64,000 nucleotides of DNA, from NCBI GenBank assembly GCA_964391315.1, contig CAYMJR010000001.1:5949-69948 (forward strand), in the 5' to 3' direction. The notes under the pieces were generated by a model. The model did not search any database and was not told the DNA's origin. It worked only from the letters and a program-made list of their open reading frames with translations. Positions within the stretch are counted from its first letter, which is position 1; each line of letters starts with the position of its first letter. The position numbers and the translations under genes are program-made. Shown here piece after piece: positions 44,513 through 54,432 of this stretch. Source of the stretch: an uncultured Gammaproteobacteria bacterium (GTDB taxonomy: Bacteria > Patescibacteriota > Microgenomatia > Levybacterales > UBA12049).

Positions 44513-45064
44513 ATGGGCAAACACGAGAGACCTCATTGGATGAGGCAAAGATGGGATACGATTCGGACTCGCATTGGAAAAAAAAATGACACGTTATTGA
44601 GAAAAGATCCAAGAGAAGAAGAAGTACAACGACTACGGGAACTTGACCTGCCTCCATATATTAGACTTCCAATTCAAGATATACCCAATGTCGCGCTTAG
44701 TTCTCCAGTATGGGAAACAATTTCGGAATACCTCAGAAAAAAAGAAAAATTACCATATCATCTGGGCCAGATGTTTGCTGACGCGACCATAAGTTTTGTT
44801 ACTACAACTCCTGATCATATTGCTGCTATTATTGCACGAGTACCAGAAACTTCGACGCAAGATCCATCTCAAAGACCACTACTTGACCGCTATGCGTTTT
44901 CACCAAAACAAGTGCTTGCCATACATGATAAAGCAAGCAGGGCTATGGAAGCCGGACAACTAACAGAGGTTGATATTACTTTTATCGCCGATCATCCTGA
45001 CTCCCAACAACATCTTATCTGGAGAGATCCAATAATCGTAACTATGAAAACTCCACAATTCTAA
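44513..45064 (+). CDS. orphan hydrophilic protein (183 aa)
   Basis: Arg/Trp-rich N-terminus HERPHWMRQRWDTIRTRIGKK. TATAAT (44496..44501) lies 11 nt upstream. No family recognised. Confidence 0.5.
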   Translation: MGKHERPHWMRQRWDTIRTRIGKKNDTLLRKDPREEEVQRLRELDLPPYIRLPIQDIPNVALSSPVWETISEYLRKKEKLPYHLGQMFADATISFVTTTPDHIAAIIARVPETSTQDPSQRPLLDRYAFSPKQVLAIHDKASRAMEAGQLTEVDITFIADHPDSQQHLIWRDPIIVTMKTPQF

Positions 45065-45094
45065 TTAGTTCATCTGGAAAATCACCTTTTCCTT

Positions 45095-45103
45095 TGCTAC
45101 ACT
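45095..45103 (+). promoter_or_regulatory. extended -10 box TGcTACACT, 7 nt before ATG 45111
   Basis: Read directly: ttgctacact gtaacta ATG. Confidence 0.45.
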
Positions 45104-45110
45104 GTAACTA

Positions 45111-46379
45111 ATGCCCGTTATTAAGAATTACGACAGCCTTGCTAGTAACGACAACCGTAAAGTTGTTTTGCAATTAATTGAAACAGCTTTTGCCGCCATC
45201 ACCCCTGAAGAAGTTTTTAAAAACGGTTTTTCCTTCCAAAACAATATTCTCAAAATTCAGGATAAAACATTTGAACTCAACAATTGCGACCGGGTAATTC
45301 TTGTTGGCTATGGCAAAGGCTCAAGCGGAATTTGTAAACGGATTGAACAAATGCTTGGTGACAAATTAACTGAAGGATTTGATATTGATGTCGTTGATGA
45401 AACATTCACCAAGATACAATACACAAAAGGTACTCACCCGCTTCCCTCGCAAGCAAATTTTGACTACACAGAAATGGTCTGTCAGCATGTTTCCAATCTT
45501 ACTGAAAAAGATCTGGTAATTATTGTCACCTGCGGCGGCGGCTCAGTTCTTTTTGAAAAACCTCACACTTTTACTCTTGATCAGATGATTGCTGTTAATA
45601 AAGGACTTTTGGATTCAGGTGCAACGATTTCTGAAATTAATACGATTAGGAAACATCTATCCAAAGTCAAAGCAGGCGGACTTGCCAAAACTATTTACCC
45701 TGCAACTGCAGTCAATCTTATCTTTTCAGACGTTCCCGGTAATGATCTCTCAGTTATTGCCTCTGCTCCACTTGTAAAAGATAAAACATCGATCGAAGAT
45801 GCAAAAGCAATTCTTGAAAAATATAAACTTACAACGCCAACTGTTGCTGACCTTGTCGAAACACCAAAAGAAGACAAATACTTTGAAAAGGTATCCAATA
45901 TCCTTATGCTCAGTAACCTCACAGCACTCAATGCCATGGAGAAAAAAGCAAAAGAACTTGGCTATCATTGCTACGTGATGACCGACCGGTTGCAAGGTGA
46001 CGCACGAACACTTGGCAAACAATTAATTAATGAAACACCACAAGGACAAATTTTGCTTGCAGGTGGTGAGTCCACAATTAAAATTACTGGACATGGCAAA
46101 GGGGGCCGCAATCAAGCCCTCGTTTCCTGCTCATTCCCATACATCACAGGCGATACAGTCATCGCAACATTTAGTACTGACGGTTGGGACTTCTATGGCT
46201 ACACTGGAGCTATCGCAGACAAAGATACACTCAAAAAAATTGATGACCAGCATATTGACGTTAAATCATTTTTAGATGATGATAATACTTATGAGCTATT
46301 AAACAAGCTCGGAGACGGAATCGACACAGGCAAGCAAGAATCGAACGTGTCAGATTTATTTATTGTTTTGAAAAAATGA
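45111..46379 (+). CDS. glycerate 2-kinase / hydroxypyruvate reductase-like (DUF4147 plus MOFRL family)
   Basis: 422 aa. ILVGYGKGS and LLAGGESTIKITGHGKGGRNQAL are characteristic of the family. The stop overlaps the ATG of the next gene (ATGA). Confidence 0.75.
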   Translation: MPVIKNYDSLASNDNRKVVLQLIETAFAAITPEEVFKNGFSFQNNILKIQDKTFELNNCDRVILVGYGKGSSGICKRIEQMLGDKLTEGFDIDVVDETFTKIQYTKGTHPLPSQANFDYTEMVCQHVSNLTEKDLVIIVTCGGGSVLFEKPHTFTLDQMIAVNKGLLDSGATISEINTIRKHLSKVKAGGLAKTIYPATAVNLIFSDVPGNDLSVIASAPLVKDKTSIEDAKAILEKYKLTTPTVADLVETPKEDKYFEKVSNILMLSNLTALNAMEKKAKELGYHCYVMTDRLQGDARTLGKQLINETPQGQILLAGGESTIKITGHGKGGRNQALVSCSFPYITGDTVIATFSTDGWDFYGYTGAIADKDTLKKIDDQHIDVKSFLDDDNTYELLNKLGDGIDTGKQESNVSDLFIVLKK

Positions 46380-47239
46380 ACGACGAATTACATGATGACA
46401 AAGTAAAAGAACTTGAAGAAAAAGCCGAACAAGGCCGTGAACTACTCATTCAAACACTTCTTGAAGCAGGAAGTGGTCATTCCGCCGGACCTCTCGATAT
46501 GATGGAAGTCTTCATCTCCTTTTACTTTCATATATTAAATCATGACCCAAAAAATCCTGATTGGCCAGACCGCGACCGCCTCGTTCTTTCCAATGGACAC
46601 ATCGTTCCTGTTCGCTACGTAGTCATGGCACTGGCAGGCTACTTCCCCATCGAAGAATTAAAGACACTTCGAAAACTTAACTCCCGTCTTCAGGGCCATC
46701 CGCATCGCACCATCCTTCCCGGTCTTGAAACAACATCAGGACCCCTTGGTGAAGGACTCTCCCAAGCAATCGGTATCGCACTCGCAGCAAAATTAGATAA
46801 GAAAAATTATTACACCTATGTCATTACCGGAGATGGAGAGCTTGATGAAGGCAATATCTGGGAAGCCATGATGTATGCAGGAAAAATCAAACTCAACAAC
46901 CTTATCATGATCGTTGACCGTAACAACATCCAAATCGACGGTTTCACCGAAGACGTCATGCCACTTGAGCCGCTTCGAGCAAAATTCGAAGCATTTAACT
47001 GGCACGTTTTGGAAGTTGATGCTCACAACATCCGTGCATTTGTCGACAAAATAGCTGAAGCAAAAGCCATTTATGAAAAACCCACAGCCATCATTGCCCA
47101 CTCCATCGCCGGAAAAGGCGTCGGCTTCATGGAAAAAGATTTCCACTGGCACGGCAAACCACCAAACAAAGAAGAAGCCAAAAAAGCACTTGATGAATTG
47201 AGAACCTTACAAGGAAAAATTGTTAGCGAACATAAATAA
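46376..47239 (+). CDS. transketolase, N-terminal (TPP-binding) subunit
   Basis: 287 aa. GSGHSAGPLDMME, GDGELDEGNIWEA, DRNNIQIDG. Confidence 0.9.
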   Translation: MNDELHDDKVKELEEKAEQGRELLIQTLLEAGSGHSAGPLDMMEVFISFYFHILNHDPKNPDWPDRDRLVLSNGHIVPVRYVVMALAGYFPIEELKTLRKLNSRLQGHPHRTILPGLETTSGPLGEGLSQAIGIALAAKLDKKNYYTYVITGDGELDEGNIWEAMMYAGKIKLNNLIMIVDRNNIQIDGFTEDVMPLEPLRAKFEAFNWHVLEVDAHNIRAFVDKIAEAKAIYEKPTAIIAHSIAGKGVGFMEKDFHWHGKPPNKEEAKKALDELRTLQGKIVSEHK

Positions 47240-47277
47240 AAATTGGAGTGACGCGACAGAAACGTTCCAAATAAACT

Positions 47278-48276
47278 ATGCTAAATCAAAACTTAAAACT
47301 AAATACCAAACTCTTCGACCAAGACGTCGAAGTCCAGCCTACCCGTAAAGGCTACGGTGAAGGACTGCTTGCCCTTGGGGAACAAAATCCAAATATTGTC
47401 GGCTTGTCAGCAGATCTCACAGAATCCACCTACGCTCACCTCTTCGCAGAAAAATTCCCAGAAAGATTCTTTGAAATAGGGATCGGAGAACAAAACATGG
47501 CAGCAGTCGCAGCAGGACTTGCAGTTACCGGCAAAATCCCCTTCATCTCTTCATACGCCACTTTCTCTCCAGGCAAAAATTGGGAAACAATCCGCACCAC
47601 AATTGTCTATAATCAAGCCAATGTCAAAATTGCAGGACATCACTCAGGTGTTATGACAGGACCCGACGGCTGCACACATCAAGCAACTGAAGATATCGCA
47701 ATCACCCGCTGCTGGCCAGACATTGAAATCTATATCCCTTGCGACTCAATTGAAAGTAAAAAAGCAACCATAGCATCAGCTAATACGACCAAACCTGTGT
47801 ACCTTCGATATACCAGAGACAAAACACCCATTATCACAACCGAAGAAACACCATTCCAAGTGGGCAAAATGCAGGATTTCTGGGTCACAGACAATCCGCA
47901 AGTTACCATCTTTGCAACAGGCTATATGCTTTATTATGCGCTTGTGGCCGCCAAAGAGCTCGAAGATGAAGGCTTCCCAACACTTGTCATCAATGTTGCA
48001 ACAATTAAACCTCTTGATGAGGATGGCATCATGCGGTTTACCGGACACACTAAAGCAGTAGTCTCTGTTGAAGATCACCAGATCGCAGGCGGTATGGGCA
48101 GCGCAATTGCAGAATTTTTGGCAAAAACCAATCCCCTCCCAATGGAATTTATCGGACTGCAAAACACTTTTGCCGAATCAGGCGGATGGAAAGAAATTAT
48201 TGAAAAATACGGTATGGGAGTAAAATCAATAAAAGAAGCTGTTAAAAAAGTTGCGAAACGAAAGCATCAAGAATAA
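47278..48276 (+). CDS. transketolase, C-terminal (pyrimidine-binding) subunit
   Basis: 332 aa. FEIGIGEQNMAAVAAGLA, THQATEDIA and a C-terminal TKC domain. Confidence 0.9.
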   Translation: MLNQNLKLNTKLFDQDVEVQPTRKGYGEGLLALGEQNPNIVGLSADLTESTYAHLFAEKFPERFFEIGIGEQNMAAVAAGLAVTGKIPFISSYATFSPGKNWETIRTTIVYNQANVKIAGHHSGVMTGPDGCTHQATEDIAITRCWPDIEIYIPCDSIESKKATIASANTTKPVYLRYTRDKTPIITTEETPFQVGKMQDFWVTDNPQVTIFATGYMLYYALVAAKELEDEGFPTLVINVATIKPLDEDGIMRFTGHTKAVVSVEDHQIAGGMGSAIAEFLAKTNPLPMEFIGLQNTFAESGGWKEIIEKYGMGVKSIKEAVKKVAKRKHQE

Positions 48277-48302
48277 ATCAAAAGAAAGGATAAACCTCAT
48301 CC

Positions 48303-48331
48303 TTGACTCTTGTGTCTTAATTCTTGATACT
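48303..48331 (+). promoter_or_regulatory. sigma-70-type promoter TTGACT-17 nt-GATACT, 6 nt before ATG 48338
   Basis: Read directly. -35 at 48303..48308 and -10 at 48326..48331. Confidence 0.5.
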
Positions 48332-48337
48332 TAATAT

Positions 48338-49990
48338 ATGGAACCTGCCCTGTTAAAAAAATTAGAAGATAAAATCAAAGGTGATGTCGTGACTGACAAA
48401 GATACACTCTATACCTACAGTCATGACACCAGCCTCTTTGAAGTCAAACCACAAGTTGTTATTACCCCAAAAGACGCGGATGATATAAAAAAAGTTATTA
48501 AGTTTGTCACAGAAAATAAGAAAGCTCATCCTGATCTTTCTATCACAGGCCGGTCAGCTGGTACAGATATGAGTGGCGGTGCAGTGAATGATTCAATAAT
48601 CCTTGCCTTTCAAAAATACTTTAATCAAATCGTTTCTCAAAAAGATGATGTATTTACTGTTCAACCAGGAGTTTTCTATCGTGACTTTGAAAAAGAAACA
48701 CTCAAACACGGCCTCATCTTCCCTTCCTACCCAGCATCCCGCGAACTCTGTGCGATGGGAGGCATTGTCAACAACAATTCAGGCGGAGAAAAATCTCTTG
48801 AATACGGCAAAACAGAACGCTACGTCCGAAAAGTAAAAGTTATTTTGTCTGACGGCAATCAATATACTTTGGAACCCCTTACCGAAGCAGAACTCAAGAA
48901 AAAAATGGCACTCAAAAGTTTTGAAGGGCATCTCTATCGCAATATGTATGAACTGATTTCCAAAAATTATGACCTGATTAAAAAAGCCAAACCAAAAGTG
49001 ACCAAAAATGCAGCAGGATACAATCTCTGGAATGTTTATGATAAGGAAACCGGCATTTTTGATCTAACACAACTGTGGGTAGGTGCACAAGGAACCCTCG
49101 GAATGCTTGTGGAAGCAGATATCCAAGTCGTTCCTGTCCGCAAACATCATGAGATGGAAATCATTTTCCTGGATGATCTTACTCACCTTGGCGAAATTAT
49201 CGATGCTGTGTTGCCTCTCAACCCGGAAAGTTTTGAAAGTTATGACGATAATACCCTCAAACTCGCCCTTCGCTTCTTCCCGGAATTTGCCAAAAAACTT
49301 GGCATTCCTGGTCTTGTTCAGTCTGGTTTGGCATTTTTCCCTGCGTTTATTGAACTTGCTGTCGGCAAATTACCAAAATTGATTCTCCAGGTAGATTTCG
49401 CAGGAGATGACTTGGATGAGTTACAGAAAAAAATTCAGACACTTCGCGAAAAGATTAAACATCTTCATCCCAAAACCCGCATCGCAATTGATGATAAAGA
49501 AAAACAGTATTGGTTGATCAGAAGAGAAAGCTTTAATCTGCTTCGCAATAAAATTCGGAACAAACACACTGCACCATTTATCGATGATTTCGTTATCGAT
49601 CCACACAAAATGCAAGAAGTTGTCTCTCAAGTGACTGATATTTTGAAACAATATCCTGAATTTATCTTTACTGTCGCAGGACACGTCGGTAATGGCAATT
49701 TCCATATTATCCCAATTGCAGATATCAAAGATCAAAAAGTCCGGGATGCAATTCCCGTCATTGCCAAAAAAGTCTATGAGATCGTGATCAAAAACGGCGG
49801 ATCAACAACTGGTGAACACAATGATGGTCTGATCCGGACTCCCTATCTTGAGCAAATGTATGGAGAAAAAATGGTCAAACTGTTTGAAAAAACCAAACAC
49901 ATCTTTGATCCATTAAATATCTTCAATCCTCGCAAAAAAGTTCATGGAGACCTCAAATTTGCCATGTCCCACATTAGGACTGAGTGGTAG
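48338..49990 (+). CDS. FAD-linked oxidase (GlcD / D-lactate dehydrogenase-like, FAD_binding_4)
   Basis: 550 aa. PCMH-type FAD domain (ITGRSAGTDMSGGAV, GGIVNNNSGGEKS). C-terminal cap with GSTTGEHNDG. Confidence 0.8.
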   Translation: MEPALLKKLEDKIKGDVVTDKDTLYTYSHDTSLFEVKPQVVITPKDADDIKKVIKFVTENKKAHPDLSITGRSAGTDMSGGAVNDSIILAFQKYFNQIVSQKDDVFTVQPGVFYRDFEKETLKHGLIFPSYPASRELCAMGGIVNNNSGGEKSLEYGKTERYVRKVKVILSDGNQYTLEPLTEAELKKKMALKSFEGHLYRNMYELISKNYDLIKKAKPKVTKNAAGYNLWNVYDKETGIFDLTQLWVGAQGTLGMLVEADIQVVPVRKHHEMEIIFLDDLTHLGEIIDAVLPLNPESFESYDDNTLKLALRFFPEFAKKLGIPGLVQSGLAFFPAFIELAVGKLPKLILQVDFAGDDLDELQKKIQTLREKIKHLHPKTRIAIDDKEKQYWLIRRESFNLLRNKIRNKHTAPFIDDFVIDPHKMQEVVSQVTDILKQYPEFIFTVAGHVGNGNFHIIPIADIKDQKVRDAIPVIAKKVYEIVIKNGGSTTGEHNDGLIRTPYLEQMYGEKMVKLFEKTKHIFDPLNIFNPRKKVHGDLKFAMSHIRTEW

Positions 49991-50324
49991 ATTCTTGCCA
50001 TCGGTATTCGTCAACTCTTCCGCGCCTCACTGTGATTCCACATATCGTTTTTTGAGGTACTACATTTTTTATCTCTCTTGCATTAATTTGATCGTTACGG
50101 AAAATAGCCCTACTTCTTCGACGCAATGCCGGCATATGATAATCTATTTTTCGAAAAACAATAATTGCATCATCTCTAACATCCCCTCTTGCTTTAAGAG
50201 TTTCTGGTTTCCAACGAGAACCTGCAGGATATTTCTCACTATTATATCTAAACCGCATACCTGGTGGTATAGGTTTACTCGTCGGTTCTCTACCCTCGAT
50301 TGTTCTTATTCTGACAACTGCCAT
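49974..50324 (-). CDS. hypothetical basic protein (116 aa), uncertain
   Basis: The more protein-like of two overlapping ORFs; the plus-strand 49944..50345 ORF is Cys/Ser-rich junk. No SD or -10 box at a suitable distance. Its 3' end overlaps the oxidase gene by 17 nt. Confidence 0.3.
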   Translation of the reverse strand: MAVVRIRTIEGREPTSKPIPPGMRFRYNSEKYPAGSRWKPETLKARGDVRDDAIIVFRKIDYHMPALRRRSRAIFRNDQINAREIKNVVPQKTICGITVRRGRVDEYRWQESTTQS

Positions 50325-50377
50325 AGGAAAACGGGAATAGGATAGTATGTTTTCGTTAAAAACACAACAATGAAGTT

Positions 50378-50938
50378 TTATTTTCCTTTAAATAATTTTC
50401 CAGGGAACCAAGGAGTGCCGAGAAGCGGCAAAATGTAGCGATCAAATCCATACCAACCAGCAACTCTCCATGCGAGAATCAAAAATAATTGAATTAACAC
50501 CATAATTGGATTGACACTGACAGTTCCTGCAAAAAGATAACTCATATTCATAAAGGTGCCAAAAAATGCAGCGATACCGGTAAACGCACCGAGTATTAAC
50601 CCGACGCCCACCAATAATTCTCCAAACGCAACAACATGAGAAAAAGCAGCGGCGTTTGGAAGAATAACATCTTTCAACCATGCTGCATACCAACCCGATA
50701 CATCAGGATGCGCGCCAGCAGTTTTACTTAATGCTCCATGAATAAATCCAGCAATTGCTCCACCTGCATGCGGACCTACCCAGACAGGGCTTGTCACTTT
50801 TTCCCATCCTGCTTCAAGCCAAATCCATCCCACGTAAATTCGAAGAATTACCCACATCCATGCAAGCCGTGTGTCTGCAAAAATAAATCGTGATATCGGC
50901 GGTTCTGGAATTTGTGTAACTTCTTCTTTTCTGCTCAT
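50378..50938 (-). CDS. DoxX-family membrane protein
   Basis: 186 aa with 4 TM helices. WMWVILRIYVGWIWLEAGWEK and FGELLVGVGLILG are typical of DoxX/DoxD. Confidence 0.75.
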   Translation of the reverse strand: MSRKEEVTQIPEPPISRFIFADTRLAWMWVILRIYVGWIWLEAGWEKVTSPVWVGPHAGGAIAGFIHGALSKTAGAHPDVSGWYAAWLKDVILPNAAAFSHVVAFGELLVGVGLILGAFTGIAAFFGTFMNMSYLFAGTVSVNPIMVLIQLFLILAWRVAGWYGFDRYILPLLGTPWFPGKLFKGK

Positions 50939-51019
50939 ACATCAACCGTAACACAGCAATATCCCCCCTGCCAGTGATATAAATCACTGACAAAACTTTT
51001 ACCAATCCCCTTTTTCCTG

Positions 51020-51025
51020 TACAAT
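51020..51025 (+). promoter_or_regulatory. -10 box TACAAT, 6 nt before ATG 51032
   Basis: Read directly: cctgtacaat acagtc ATG. Confidence 0.4.
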
Positions 51026-51031
51026 ACAGTC

Positions 51032-51493
51032 ATGCATCCCTATAAAGAAGCACTGAGAAGAAAAATACCAGCTGATGCGATACCACTCTCAGAGTTTACG
51101 CCAACAGTAAGAGGTTCAACAAAATTTGTCAGAGTTGGTGATGAAATACGAGTCGCTGCAAAAAAGGACCCGATACCTCCACATCCAAACTTAGTATCAG
51201 ATCTTGATGCTCAGATAAGAAGATTAAGAATTGAAGACCCTGCTCAACTTGATGGTGGTACTTTAGAATTTTTTCCTACTGAGAAGGTGTTAAGAATTGA
51301 TGGATCATCTGATAGTTTGGGTTATCCTCTTCCAGAACATACCGAAGATGCACGTAGAATAACAGCAGGCATAATAGAAGCTACGCTCTCTGGATATACT
51401 ATACGTTACGATAATAAATCAATTCCAGGTAACACAATACAAGGTGATTCTGGAGAGGCAGAATATGCATATTTTGATATAACAGAAGACTAA
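51032..51493 (+). CDS. orphan hydrophilic protein (153 aa)
   Basis: No family recognised. The stop TAA shares its last base with the ATG of the HAD gene (TAATG). Confidence 0.5.
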   Translation: MHPYKEALRRKIPADAIPLSEFTPTVRGSTKFVRVGDEIRVAAKKDPIPPHPNLVSDLDAQIRRLRIEDPAQLDGGTLEFFPTEKVLRIDGSSDSLGYPLPEHTEDARRITAGIIEATLSGYTIRYDNKSIPGNTIQGDSGEAEYAYFDITED

Positions 51494-52062
51494 TGTATAA
51501 AGCTATTATCTTTGATTTCTTTGATGTCATTCATACAGACCCTTTCCATGCATGGATGAAAAAGCATGGATACACGCGGGAAGGCGCATTTGCAGAGGCA
51601 TCACGTATGCTCGATAGAGGTACCATTTCCCAGCAAGAATTTTACGAAAAGCTTTCTGAAGCAAGTGCCATTAAAGCAGCAGAGATTGAATCTGATTTTC
51701 ATCACTTCTCCCGCGTTGACCATGAGATGGTTGCATTTATCTCCAAACTTCGTGCTTCGTATAAAACAGCACTCCTCTCAAATTCTGGAAAGGCATATCT
51801 TCGCAATCTCCTTACTAAGCATCAACTGGAATCACTTTTTGATCTCATTGTTATTTCTTCAGAAGTAAAACTTATCAAACCAGAACCCGAAGTCTTTTTA
51901 CATATCTTGGGGAAATTAAACATACCGGCATTAGAAACAGTTTTTATTGATGACAATGAGAATAATATCAAGGCAGCGCACATATTAGACATTAAAGCAT
52001 TCCACTATCGTAATCTAAAAACATTACAAACTGAATTGGAAGCAGTTGGTATTACGGTATAA
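51493..52062 (+). CDS. HAD-superfamily hydrolase (subfamily IA-like)
   Basis: Motif I IIFDFFDVI, motif II ALLSNS, motif IV FIDDNENNIKAA. Confidence 0.8.
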   Translation: MYKAIIFDFFDVIHTDPFHAWMKKHGYTREGAFAEASRMLDRGTISQQEFYEKLSEASAIKAAEIESDFHHFSRVDHEMVAFISKLRASYKTALLSNSGKAYLRNLLTKHQLESLFDLIVISSEVKLIKPEPEVFLHILGKLNIPALETVFIDDNENNIKAAHILDIKAFHYRNLKTLQTELEAVGITV

Positions 52063-52118
52063 TCTTTGTCCGAATTTTGTCTTGCAATTTGCTTCTCCAC
52101 CCGCTAGTATAAATACTA

Positions 52119-53165
52119 ATGAACCAGGAAGAACTACAAAAAGTCGCAAAAGCCCTTGTCGCCACAGGGAAAGGAATCCTCGCTGCTGATGAAAGTGCAA
52201 AGACCTGTCAAAAGAGGTTTGATAGTGTCGGCGTTGAATGTACTGAAGAAACACGACGTGAATACCGCGGACTTCTTTTTACTACTCCAAACGTCAATGA
52301 TCATATGAGTGGTGTCATCTTCTATGACGAAACCTTCTGGCAGAAAACAGATGATGGAAAAGCTTTTCCTGATTATCTCAAAGAACATGGTGTCGTCCCA
52401 GGCATCAAGGTAGACAAAGGACTTGTCGATTTGCCCGGTTTTGAAGGAGAAAAACTTACACAAGGCTTGGATGGTCTTCCTGAAGAAATGGCAAAATATC
52501 ACGAAGCTGGTGCACAATTTGCCAAATGGCGCGCAGTGATTACAATTGGTGAAGGCATTCCGACACAACAGTGTATTGATGCTAATGCGTTTGTCCTCGC
52601 CCGCTACGCACGGATTTGTCAGGACGCAAATATCGTACCGATTGTCGAACCAGAAGTACTTTATGATGGCAATCACAGTATTGAACAATGCGAAGAAGTG
52701 ATTCATAAAACATATGATGTTCTCTTCTCTACCATGAAAGCATTTCGTGTCTTTATGCCAGGAGCAATTCTCAAAACGAGTATGGTCCTTCCCGGAAAAG
52801 ACAGCGGCACACCAATCAATCACGATGATGTCGCAGCACGGACTGTCAAAGCACTACACGAACACGTCCCACATGACCTCGGCGGCGTTGTGTTCTTAAG
52901 TGGCGGACAAACCAGTAATGATGCATTTATTAATCTCAATAGAATTGCCAAAGGTGGCCCTCATCCATGGGGTGTCACTTTTTCCTACTCTCGCGCTATC
53001 CAGGATCCAGTGCTAAAAGCATGGGCAAAAAATCGAAGCGATAAAAATGCTGTACAAGATCTCTTTAAAAAGCAATTGGAAATGGTTGGTGCAGCAAGTG
53101 AGGGAAAATTGGATGAATCATTGTTGCAAACAGATACTGCTGCCTCCCGCTCTCAAGACCTCTAA
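52119..53165 (+). CDS. fba: fructose-1,6-bisphosphate aldolase, class I
   Basis: GILAADES near the N-terminus. Schiff-base Lys context AILKTSMV. LSGGQ. 348 aa, typical class I length. Confidence 0.9.
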   Translation: MNQEELQKVAKALVATGKGILAADESAKTCQKRFDSVGVECTEETRREYRGLLFTTPNVNDHMSGVIFYDETFWQKTDDGKAFPDYLKEHGVVPGIKVDKGLVDLPGFEGEKLTQGLDGLPEEMAKYHEAGAQFAKWRAVITIGEGIPTQQCIDANAFVLARYARICQDANIVPIVEPEVLYDGNHSIEQCEEVIHKTYDVLFSTMKAFRVFMPGAILKTSMVLPGKDSGTPINHDDVAARTVKALHEHVPHDLGGVVFLSGGQTSNDAFINLNRIAKGGPHPWGVTFSYSRAIQDPVLKAWAKNRSDKNAVQDLFKKQLEMVGAASEGKLDESLLQTDTAASRSQDL

Positions 53166-53166
53166 A

Positions 53167-54138
53167 CTATCCCACTCGTTCTTCCATTTCCATGATCGTG
53201 AGGAGGCCGGCTTCGGCGCCAATATGTTCGACAACTGATGCGGCGTTTACCGCTCCCCATTTCATTCTCTGAGGAATTGGTAAACCATTGATGGTCGCTG
53301 CAAGAAATCCTGTTGTGTATGCATCACCTGAACCGGTTCTTTCAACAACTTCACCAGGAGCCATCGGACAGGTATAGAATTCACCATTTTCATCAAGACA
53401 AAATGAACCATCTTGTCCATTGGTGATGACAACTGTTTTGGGACCTCTTTTTTGCAGTTTCTCTGCAAGCCGCTGTATATATCCGTCGGTATCATCATCT
53501 TTCTCTCCGTAATGATTAAAGAGCAGCAGCTCAGCTTCCTCTTTATTCACAACCAATACTTCTGTATTGCTAAGTACAGCATGGACAACATCTTTGCCGT
53601 CTTTAAATTGAGGATTGCCAGGATTGAAAGCGATCTTTGCACCGACCTTTAAAGCGAAATCTAACACATGTTTGTATGCCTCATGCCATTCATTTCCAAG
53701 ACTAGTGATATAGACATATTTTGCTGTCGCGTCAATAATCTCAAATTTATTTTGTCTGACAACATGTTCATCAAAGATTGTCCGCTCCCCTTTATAATTG
53801 ATAATAACGGAGAAATTCGTCGCGCCGGGATTCTGGATCATAAAAAGTCGTTCAATATTTTCTTTGGCAAGACTATTTCTAATCCGTATTGAGAATTCAT
53901 CATCACCAATCTCGCTACAAAGGGTAGCTTTTAGTCCCAATCGTGCAAGACCAACTGCGACATTGGTCGCGTTTCCACCCATACAGAAATCATACCGGTC
54001 AACATTGATCTTTTCTCCATGACGAAAACACAAATGTCCATCTTCTGATAAATAATATTTCTCATGACTATCAGCAAGCCTCATGAATGCATCAATAGTT
54101 GTACTACCTACCGTAATAACGTCGTATTCTCGGATCAT
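53167..54138 (-). CDS. PfkB-family carbohydrate/nucleoside kinase
   Basis: Start at ATG 54138 (MIREYDVITVGS). GGNATNVAVGLARLG, and the anion-hole/ATP motif ERTGSGDAYTTGFL. Substrate not assignable. Confidence 0.85.
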   Translation of the reverse strand: MIREYDVITVGSTTIDAFMRLADSHEKYYLSEDGHLCFRHGEKINVDRYDFCMGGNATNVAVGLARLGLKATLCSEIGDDEFSIRIRNSLAKENIERLFMIQNPGATNFSVIINYKGERTIFDEHVVRQNKFEIIDATAKYVYITSLGNEWHEAYKHVLDFALKVGAKIAFNPGNPQFKDGKDVVHAVLSNTEVLVVNKEEAELLLFNHYGEKDDDTDGYIQRLAEKLQKRGPKTVVITNGQDGSFCLDENGEFYTCPMAPGEVVERTGSGDAYTTGFLAATINGLPIPQRMKWGAVNAASVVEHIGAEAGLLTIMEMEERVG

Positions 54139-54234
54139 ATAATAAGAGTAGCATAAAGAAAAAGAAAAACGCAATCGATGAGAATTAGAATTTCAATCGT
54201 GGATATATAGAAGATGTTACAGGATCTGCAGAAA

Positions 54235-54432
54235 TCATTGTCCCCTGTAAAAAACTCTTCTTACATATACTACAGCTTCTCTTGGAAGACGGCTTAACCT
54301 CGTACCCTCTCCTGGTACTCCCTTTTCTACTCTATGTGTATTCGGCTTCTGCAATCCTTCTACCGACCTTATTTTTTCAAGAGCGATTCGTGAAAAAGCA
54401 GCAGCCACTTCTATTCGAACTGATGTTGTCAT
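54235..54432 (-). other. GC-enriched segment: either a 65-aa basic ORF or an unclassified structured RNA
   Basis: The track ORF MTTSVRIEVAAAFSRIALEKIRSVEG... has only a weak TAGAAA 7 nt upstream and no SD. The region holds hairpins 54217..54250 and 54302..54318. No match to RNA families I can recognise by eye. Confidence 0.25.

Noticed and set aside
49944-50345. 133-aa plus-strand ORF overlapping the end of the FAD oxidase gene.
   Set aside because: The translation is Cys/Ser/Phe-rich with no protein-like pattern. The opposite-strand ORF 49974..50324 is more plausible, though it remains uncertain.
52134-52823. 229-aa minus-strand ORF.
   Set aside because: It lies entirely antisense within the class I aldolase gene, whose motifs are unambiguous.
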